Position numbers and translations under genes: made by a program. The notes under the pieces were generated by a model. That model saw only the letters and a program-made list of their open reading frames with translations, did no database searches and was not told where the DNA came from. A stretch of DNA of 64,000 nt, taken from positions 32,001 through 96,000 of IMG/VR virus record IMGVR_UViG_3300046786_000293; one strand, 5' to 3'. This DNA is from a virus. Its lineage: Duplodnaviria; Caudoviricetes. Within the stretch, counting starts at the first letter, position 1. Each line of letters starts with the position of its first letter. Below, piece after piece: positions 57,933-64,000 of this stretch.

Positions 57933-57981
57933 TTATCTGTTCCAAACGTTTATATATACATTACTTATCAAAATCTTAATC

Positions 57982-58728
57982 TTACTTCTTGTTTAGAATT
58001 AAACTTATATTATCAACAAAATCGGGATTATAACTTCCACCCAAAAAGAAATTAATATCTAATACAGATACTATGGACCCATTCGGTGCTGCAGATAGAC
58101 TGCCTGTTTTCCAGCATATAGCAGTCGGCAAAGGCAATCCAGGTACAGACGATACTGCGATAGTTGTCCCGCTCCCGTAACTATTAAACGCACCCGGAGC
58201 GTTAAATGTTACACTATTATTTGTGTTTGCCAGTAAAAATTCTGGTTGAACAATACACGGAATAACGTCATAATATGAGCTATCTGTTGTTTGTGATACT
58301 GTGCCGCTACCCAAGCCCATGACAAAATCATCTATAGTTGTATCTCTAGTTTGAAAGTATATGTTTTCTCCCAACATAAACATAGCACCGCCCTGTTTAA
58401 TATAATTAGACAATTGAGTTGTGGGATTGTTTGGATTAGTAGCATAGGGTGTTGCATATCCAATATCCCACAGGTGTGCGTATTCATTTAAGTTTAATGC
58501 AGCTAATGCAGAAAAACTGGTGCACAATTCGGGTTGGAATCCCAAAGCAATTTCTCTGTTTGCTATTACCGGATATACGTCAAGTGGGTTTACATCCCCC
58601 GAATTATAGTAGTTGGGGTTGCCGAATACGTTAGTTAATGGATCATAAAATACTAATACTTTTTTAGATTTCAATCCTCTGTCTACTGGTCTGAACCAAA
58701 AACCTAATCTACTTCCTCCAAAATTCAT
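57982..58728 (-). CDS. Fibre-associated hypothetical protein
   Basis: 248-aa ORF coupled to the upstream collagen gene. Confidence 0.6.
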   Translation of the reverse strand: MNFGGSRLGFWFRPVDRGLKSKKVLVFYDPLTNVFGNPNYYNSGDVNPLDVYPVIANREIALGFQPELCTSFSALAALNLNEYAHLWDIGYATPYATNPNNPTTQLSNYIKQGGAMFMLGENIYFQTRDTTIDDFVMGLGSGTVSQTTDSSYYDVIPCIVQPEFLLANTNNSVTFNAPGAFNSYGSGTTIAVSSVPGLPLPTAICWKTGSLSAAPNGSIVSVLDINFFLGGSYNPDFVDNISLILNKK

Positions 58729-61226
58729 TACACATACCCCGCAGTTAATGTACAGAATATTGTAGTACCATCGTAGAACATATTAATCATGTCTATAGAA
58801 CCAACAGTTGTACTTAAAGTTTTATAATTACTTGCAAACTTATATGCAGCATCATATGTTGCCACACAGTTCCCTGCTCCGCCTTGTTCAACAATTAATG
58901 TTAAACTTTGACCCATAGTGAAGTTTGAAGGAACAGTTAATGCAATATTGCCAATTGCTGTGGCACGTTGAATACTTGCAGTATCTCTATTTAACGTAAC
59001 CGAGCCATATATAGATCCAATACTAGCATAAGTGTCGTTATATGCTGGCCCAGTTTGACCTTGCGGTCCTTGTGGTCCGGTTGGTCCTTGTACGCCTGCC
59101 CCGGTCGGACCTTGGGGTCCTTGTACACCCTGTGGGCCTTGTGGTCCTTGTACACCTTGTGGTCCAGATGGTCCAGATGGTCCTTGTACACCTTGCGGGC
59201 CTTCTGGACCAGATGGGCCCGACGGACCTTGTGGTCCTTGTGGTCCAGGTACGTCACTGACCCCACTTGGACCTTGTGGACCTTGTGCTCCACGTGGACC
59301 TGATGGTCCTTGTGGACCCGACACACCTTGCGGTCCTTGTGGTCCTTGTGGTCCTTGTGACCCTTGTGGTCCGCGTGGACCTTGTGGACCTTGTGCTCCA
59401 GTTAGTTTAGATATAGTAACAGTTACATTGGATCCGGTTACATTAGCTATAACGCCATTTCCAACAAAGTTGATACTGCTTACTGCATTAGTTAAGGTTG
59501 TACCTTCATCTAATATTTGTACATTAGATCCGCCACCAGTTCCGCCTGAGCCGCTCCATGCAGTATATTGATATGAACCGTCTGGAAATATTATACCAGC
59601 ACCATAATCAACTCCTACATTACCTATAACTGCGCTACCTGCTTGAATCCTAACATTGCCATTACTATTAAAGGTTGATGTTAAATTTGCATTGTTAATA
59701 GATACACGATTTCTAACATCCCATGTTAATGCAATGTTGCCAGGCACACGCTCGTAGGCTTCTAGTCCTTCTGGAGGGAAGTTTTCTATTAGACGTGTAG
59801 ATGGTTTGCTACCTAAGCTAAATGTAGGAATAGGTTTTTCTACATTTGGCTCAATTAATTTATAAGGATTGGCGCTAAATTGTCCGATCCAACACGACCC
59901 ATCACCGGAGTTTATGCCAGGTAATACTATATATGTCAGGCCATCAGTATTCGGTGTTTCGCCGCCTTCTAAGTCTTGGAAGAATTCAATTGCGCCGCGA
60001 CCAATGTACAGTCCGTGAGTGCCCGGATTTCCGTCTGTGCTATTAACTCCTGTTTTAGTATTATTAACTCCGTTGTCACTTTGTCTCCAAACTCCAAGGG
60101 CTTCACTGCCAAGAAAGGATCCATCGTTATAATTGTACCACGGTGTAACCACTACCCCGGCTCCGCCAAATGTTCCTTGTTTGTAACGAATAGATGCAGA
60201 TCGTTGTGTAGGCACAACGTTTGCGTCTGTAGTAGGATCAACAAAGTATAATACACTTTGGTATGTTTCATTACCGAATCCCAAATCATAACGAGAAGCG
60301 TGTAAATGAATAGATTTGCCTTCATTATCATCATAGTCAGGGGTAACAGTAATTAAAGAATTTGTTGTAAAAGTTCCGTTCCCGCCAATATAGACCATGC
60401 GCCACGCTTGATCTTGTAAGTTGCCACTAATACCTGTGCCAGGTATAGTTACGCTCACGGTGTTAGGGCCTGTTGCTGTAGCAACCACGCCATTGCCTAT
60501 AAAATTAATAGAATTGGCTGTACTAACAACTACAGTACCTTCATCGTAGATTGATATCGTTGGTCCTTGAGGTCCTTGAGGTCCTTGCGGTCCTTGTGGT
60601 CCGCCAGCTGGACCTGTATTACCAATTGGGCCAATTGGCCCAGCTGGGCCTTCGGGACCTCGTGGTCCTTGTGGTCCTTGCGGACCGCCTGCAGGTCCTT
60701 GTGGTCCTTGTGCCCCACGTGGGCCCGATGGTCCGATTGGACCTGGGGGACCGCTTGGGCCGCTTGGACCTTCAGGTCCAATTGGACCTATAAATCCGCT
60801 TGGACCAATTGGCCCGATTGGACCTTGTGGACCTGCTAATCCTCTGGGACCCGATGCACCGCTTGGTCCTTGTGGTCCTTGTGGTCCTTGTGGACCGCTT
60901 GGGCCGCTTGGACCGCTTGGGCCTCCTGCCGGACCGATTGGGCCCGACGGGCCTTGCGGACCTTGTGCTCCGCTTGGGCCTTGTGGACCTTGTGGTCCCG
61001 ATCCTGGTCCTTGTGGCCCCTGTGGACCTTGTACACCTTGTTCTCCTGCTCCGCTGGGACCCTGGGGTCCTTGGGGGCCTTGCACACCTTGTGACCCTTG
61101 CGGTCCTTGAGTACCACGCGGACCTGTTGGTCCTTGTGTACCTGCTGTTCCTTGTGGACCTTGCGGTCCTCGTGGACCTTGTGGTCCCTGTGGCCCTTCA
61201 GGGCAGTCTAGTCCTAGAATTGTCAT
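58728..61226 (-). CDS. Second collagen-like fibre protein
   Basis: Two G-X-Y tracts, duplicated I.DEG......SINF.GNGV.A motif, C-terminal TL..EQGGAG...D...FYDGT domain. Confidence 0.88.
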   Translation of the reverse strand: MTILGLDCPEGPQGPQGPRGPQGPQGTAGTQGPTGPRGTQGPQGSQGVQGPQGPQGPSGAGEQGVQGPQGPQGPGSGPQGPQGPSGAQGPQGPSGPIGPAGGPSGPSGPSGPQGPQGPQGPSGASGPRGLAGPQGPIGPIGPSGFIGPIGPEGPSGPSGPPGPIGPSGPRGAQGPQGPAGGPQGPQGPRGPEGPAGPIGPIGNTGPAGGPQGPQGPQGPQGPTISIYDEGTVVVSTANSINFIGNGVVATATGPNTVSVTIPGTGISGNLQDQAWRMVYIGGNGTFTTNSLITVTPDYDDNEGKSIHLHASRYDLGFGNETYQSVLYFVDPTTDANVVPTQRSASIRYKQGTFGGAGVVVTPWYNYNDGSFLGSEALGVWRQSDNGVNNTKTGVNSTDGNPGTHGLYIGRGAIEFFQDLEGGETPNTDGLTYIVLPGINSGDGSCWIGQFSANPYKLIEPNVEKPIPTFSLGSKPSTRLIENFPPEGLEAYERVPGNIALTWDVRNRVSINNANLTSTFNSNGNVRIQAGSAVIGNVGVDYGAGIIFPDGSYQYTAWSGSGGTGGGSNVQILDEGTTLTNAVSSINFVGNGVIANVTGSNVTVTISKLTGAQGPQGPRGPQGSQGPQGPQGPQGVSGPQGPSGPRGAQGPQGPSGVSDVPGPQGPQGPSGPSGPEGPQGVQGPSGPSGPQGVQGPQGPQGVQGPQGPTGAGVQGPTGPQGPQGQTGPAYNDTYASIGSIYGSVTLNRDTASIQRATAIGNIALTVPSNFTMGQSLTLIVEQGGAGNCVATYDAAYKFASNYKTLSTTVGSIDMINMFYDGTTIFCTLTAGYV
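60560..61200 (-). repeat. Gly-X-Y collagen repeats (a second tract lies at about 59050-59400)
   Basis: GPQ/GPS/GPI triplets; boundaries approximate. Confidence 0.9.
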
Positions 61227-61750
61227 TATATTGTCCCAAAGTCAAAAATTGCACTATCGATGCCGTCCCCAGCTGGACCTAAGTCTAGTGCTGCAGGTTG
61301 TATTACCGGATAGGCTGAATTACTTACAAATAGTTGTCCGGCTGCACCATAATTATCGTCCACATACGTCGCTATATTGCCCCAGCAAGTATCGTTAATA
61401 AGAATATTGTATGTATACTGCTCACGGTCGAGTTGTACTAAATCATAGTCAGATACAACTGTGCATCCGTACCCTAAGGCAGCGTTGGTAATTGTCACGT
61501 TAGTAGATAAAACTGTAGTAGCATTGGAAAAAACATAGTCATCAACTATATTAAATGTCAAAGTATAACCAGTTAAATTAACAGGTTTTTGGTCAGAATT
61601 TTTTAGTTCTATCTTAAGAAGGTTATTAACGCCTTTGTATATTTTTACAGGTGCTGCGTACACAATGTTATTCCTTTGGATAATTGATGGGTCGTCATCC
61701 CACTGAACAGAGATTACGTTATCGTAGTAGTAATTCGTGATGGTTTGCAT
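61226..61750 (-). CDS. Fibre/baseplate adaptor-like protein
   Basis: [25 protein letters not shown] Ig-like pattern; TAAATA 5 nt upstream. Confidence 0.6.
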   Translation of the reverse strand: MQTITNYYYDNVISVQWDDDPSIIQRNNIVYAAPVKIYKGVNNLLKIELKNSDQKPVNLTGYTLTFNIVDDYVFSNATTVLSTNVTITNAALGYGCTVVSDYDLVQLDREQYTYNILINDTCWGNIATYVDDNYGAAGQLFVSNSAYPVIQPAALDLGPAGDGIDSAIFDFGTI

Positions 61751-61755
61751 TTACA

Positions 61756-61808
61756 TATTTAGCGTGAATACCATATTCGAAGATTTGGATTCTAATCGAT
61801 TATAAATA
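61756..61808. promoter_or_regulatory. Back-to-back late promoters (TAAATA on both strands)
   Basis: Minus 61756-61761 and plus 61803-61808, each 5 nt from its start codon. Confidence 0.7.
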
Positions 61809-61813
61809 TTCAC

Positions 61814-62188
61814 GTGGAAATAGAATACCAAAAGTTACTTGATCAATACCCTTTCTTAAGTTTCCTTACCTATGGCGGTAACGAATACATAGGAATCATT
61901 CAGAACATTGACGATATTATAACCAGCATATATGATTTCGGTGTAATCAAAACATCCGAGCATAGACTACGCTACCTAGAATTAGCAGAAACGTGGTGGT
62001 GGGAAAGTAATAGGATGATCCCTATTAATATCTTTTTAAAACAGGATTGGGTACAATTTAGACCCACTCTAAAAACTTTCAACAGTAAAGATGTTGAATT
62101 GAAGTATGGGCCGGCACTTAGTCTTAAAGAAAGTGCTCAAAAGCGCAGTAAGCGCCGTAGTATAACTCTAGTTCGTAGAGTTATTTAA
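61814..62188 (+). CDS. Hypothetical protein
   Basis: 124-aa ORF with GTG start; 3' end overlaps the convergent gene by 21 nt. Confidence 0.7.
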   Translation: MEIEYQKLLDQYPFLSFLTYGGNEYIGIIQNIDDIITSIYDFGVIKTSEHRLRYLELAETWWWESNRMIPINIFLKQDWVQFRPTLKTFNSKDVELKYGPALSLKESAQKRSKRRSITLVRRVI

Positions 62189-62746
62189 ATTCATATTAAC
62201 AACAACTAATGTTGCGTAGGCCACAGCGTGGCTTTTCTTAAAATAATAACTGTCATCTGAGGGCTTGTCCCAAACAGTTTTTGCAACATCGGCCCACTTC
62301 TGTCCTATTAGATGACGCTTGGCAGGACGAATAACACTTAAAAACATAGCCATTCTAGGTATGCTGTTAACTGCTTCGGGCATCTTAATCAGTGTATCAT
62401 AATGATTGCCAATGTGAATTAACTGCTCACAGAACTCACGCTCGTATAACTTTTCCCACGCAGGTTCGGTGTTCATTAATTCTATTAGATGTGCTTCATT
62501 CTTGACTCGGGAATATAAGTTAACATTAAGAAAGTCTAGCTTTAGATACCCCCTGTCTTCGGCGATTTGATAATCTAAACTTGCACTACCCGAAAACGGG
62601 TCTACTGGAATATTAGTAAAATATACTCCGGTATTGTGTTTGCTCAACTTATCATCTTTGATAATGCTAGCAGATGTATGATTGAGCAAACCAAGAATCT
62701 GATCCCTATTGCTAAAATCGATATCAATATCTGACTTAAATTTCAT
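62168..62746 (-). CDS. Miniature DnaE-like (family C DNA polymerase) core, 192 aa
   Basis: SDIDIDF, HNTGVY, KLDFLNV, FKKSHAVAYA. Confidence 0.8.
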   Translation of the reverse strand: MKFKSDIDIDFSNRDQILGLLNHTSASIIKDDKLSKHNTGVYFTNIPVDPFSGSASLDYQIAEDRGYLKLDFLNVNLYSRVKNEAHLIELMNTEPAWEKLYEREFCEQLIHIGNHYDTLIKMPEAVNSIPRMAMFLSVIRPAKRHLIGQKWADVAKTVWDKPSDDSYYFKKSHAVAYATLVVVNMNLNNSTN

Positions 62747-62970
62747 AGGTATTGTCCATTTCTTAAACTGAACCAAGTAGCCAATTGTTCGTCATAGAAT
62801 CTAAAAATTGTATATCTAACATAAGCAGATTCTCCTGAAAAATCATTATGATTACTGGCGTGATATTCAAAATCAAACTGATCATGAATTTTGAACCCGT
62901 TATTCTTCAAATCGTCTACCATGGTCAATATGTCCGAAGGAGAAAGAGTTTTAATTACTAACTCAATCAC
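62743..62970 (-). CDS. Hypothetical protein
   Basis: 75-aa ORF coupled to its neighbours. Confidence 0.55.
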   Translation of the reverse strand: MIELVIKTLSPSDILTMVDDLKNNGFKIHDQFDFEYHASNHNDFSGESAYVRYTIFRFYDEQLATWFSLRNGQYL

Positions 62971-63650
62971 AACCCAGCCTTTATGAGGATGTCTTTAACC
63001 CATTCAGTATCTGCCGCATAATCTTTAAATTTACGCTGCCAATAGTCAGGATCAATCCATGGCATTATAATTGAAATTTGTTCTTGAGATAATGTTTCTA
63101 AGAACTCTACTCCGCTGGCGCAGTTAAAAATAATCCAACTACTAATACGTCCGTTTGCAATGTGATGACATATTCTATTAGCATTGCCACGGCGAAAATA
63201 GTCGTTAAAACCATTTTCGAGGTTAGAGTTGGTGTCTGCATAATCCTGCATTTCCTTTAATGCTCGTTCTAAAGCATCTTGTACTGCTTCTTTTTTTACG
63301 TACTCGGACAACCATTCCAAGTACAATACTTCTTTACACCAATGGTCAAGTTTTTTATTATTTTTAAGTAGCCAGTCAACAAAATTAGCTACGTTTACAC
63401 ATCGTATGCCAGTTACATACCAACCAAATTTAACAAATGCAGTATAGTATTGGCTGCTGGCAAAATCATCGTAGGTTTTTAATTTTGCACTACCCTGAGA
63501 TATTTCATAAAATCGCAAGTATGCTTTAAACCCTATCTGTACAGGCTGTTCATTCTGTTGTTGGAAACGTCGCTTCTGTTCACACAAATGTGCAGTCAGT
63601 GTACTTTCTTTAAGATAAGATTTATTGCAGTAACGGCAAGTATAACTCAA
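62967..63650 (-). CDS. Zinc-finger-containing phage protein
   Basis: YTCRYCNKSY..E..L..HLC at the N-terminus. Confidence 0.7.
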   Translation of the reverse strand: MSYTCRYCNKSYLKESTLTAHLCEQKRRFQQQNEQPVQIGFKAYLRFYEISQGSAKLKTYDDFASSQYYTAFVKFGWYVTGIRCVNVANFVDWLLKNNKKLDHWCKEVLYLEWLSEYVKKEAVQDALERALKEMQDYADTNSNLENGFNDYFRRGNANRICHHIANGRISSWIIFNCASGVEFLETLSQEQISIIMPWIDPDYWQRKFKDYAADTEWVKDILIKAGL

Positions 63651-64000
63651 CCTAAATCCTTTTTAATGTCCTGATCACTGAGACCCATTTCTTTAGCCCA
63701 TGCCCGTATTTCTTTGTCTGTATTAAGACTAGCTAACAATTCTATTTCGTCTTGTTTCATCCAAGGGAAATGTTTAGTGATAAACTTAACTACTTTGGTA
63801 TTGGATGCGCCTTCTTTCTTTTTACTGCCTTGCCAGTAATGTCTTTGTCGACCCATGCCAGGACTTACACTAGTACACAACATCCATTGTAACTTTGGAT
63901 GTCTGCTTAAATCAAAGAAATGTTGATTGACACGTTCGTTGGTAGCACGTAGATACCATTCTTGGAAATCTGCAGATCCTTCTACACTGGCAGCATATCT
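63647..64000 (-). CDS. Clamp-loader small subunit (T4 gp62-like), partial at window end
   Basis: Open frame to 64000: ...YLRATNERVNQHFFDLSRHPKLQWML...RQRHYW...KHFPWMKQDEIELL; resemblance to gp62 by eye only. Confidence 0.55.
   Translation of the reverse strand, partial: RYAASVEGSADFQEWYLRATNERVNQHFFDLSRHPKLQWMLCTSVSPGMGRQRHYWQGSKKKEGASNTKVVKFITKHFPWMKQDEIELLASLNTDKEIRAWAKEMGLSDQDIKKDLG

Noticed and set aside
1-64000. tRNA, tmRNA or rRNA genes
   Set aside because: No T-arm (GTTCRA) cloverleaf recognised by eye and the intergenic gaps are too short; tRNAscan-SE or Infernal would be needed to be certain.

Overview
This is a 64-kb segment of a large, AT-rich T4-like myophage genome, with nearly all genes on the minus strand. 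The likely host is a betaproteobacterium (inference from the bS21 C-terminus LPKKLY, a Bug/TctC protein and proteobacterial-type IscU/IscA). From left to right: (i) a glycan/modification cluster (radical SAM, amidinotransferase, 2OG-Fe(II) oxygenase, UDP-sugar dehydrogenase, GT-like protein); (ii) a coupled aceA plus fatty-acid desaturase pair; (iii) three exported or membrane proteins, one with a long (Thr-x)n/Asn repeat; (iv) host-takeover genes (GGCT, DEDDh exonuclease, PP-loop protein, Bug, clpS, hsp20, bS21); (v) small early ORFs separated by repeated sigma70 promoters; (vi) a cell-wall hydrolase, PAAR, glutaredoxin, nrdB/nrdA, an exonuclease and iscA/iscU; (vii) helicase and primase; (viii) a ~19-kb fibre module with collagen-like proteins and an S53 protease; (ix) a 192-aa DnaE-like protein and a gp62-like clamp loader subunit. 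The top observation is that iscU is perfectly conserved except for a 9-nt in-frame insertion, GGT-TAG-ATA-GGC, directly after the first Fe-S Cys, and an HNH endonuclease gene overlaps its start. This mirrors the T4 mobA / gene 60 homing-endonuclease plus ribosomal-bypass cassette. Other notable signals are a ROSE-like RNA thermometer on hsp20, many apparently leaderless genes (including bS21), and a GGCAC-repeat structured leader. I recognised no tRNA, rRNA or CRISPR array by eye. All family assignments come from motif recognition, not database searches.
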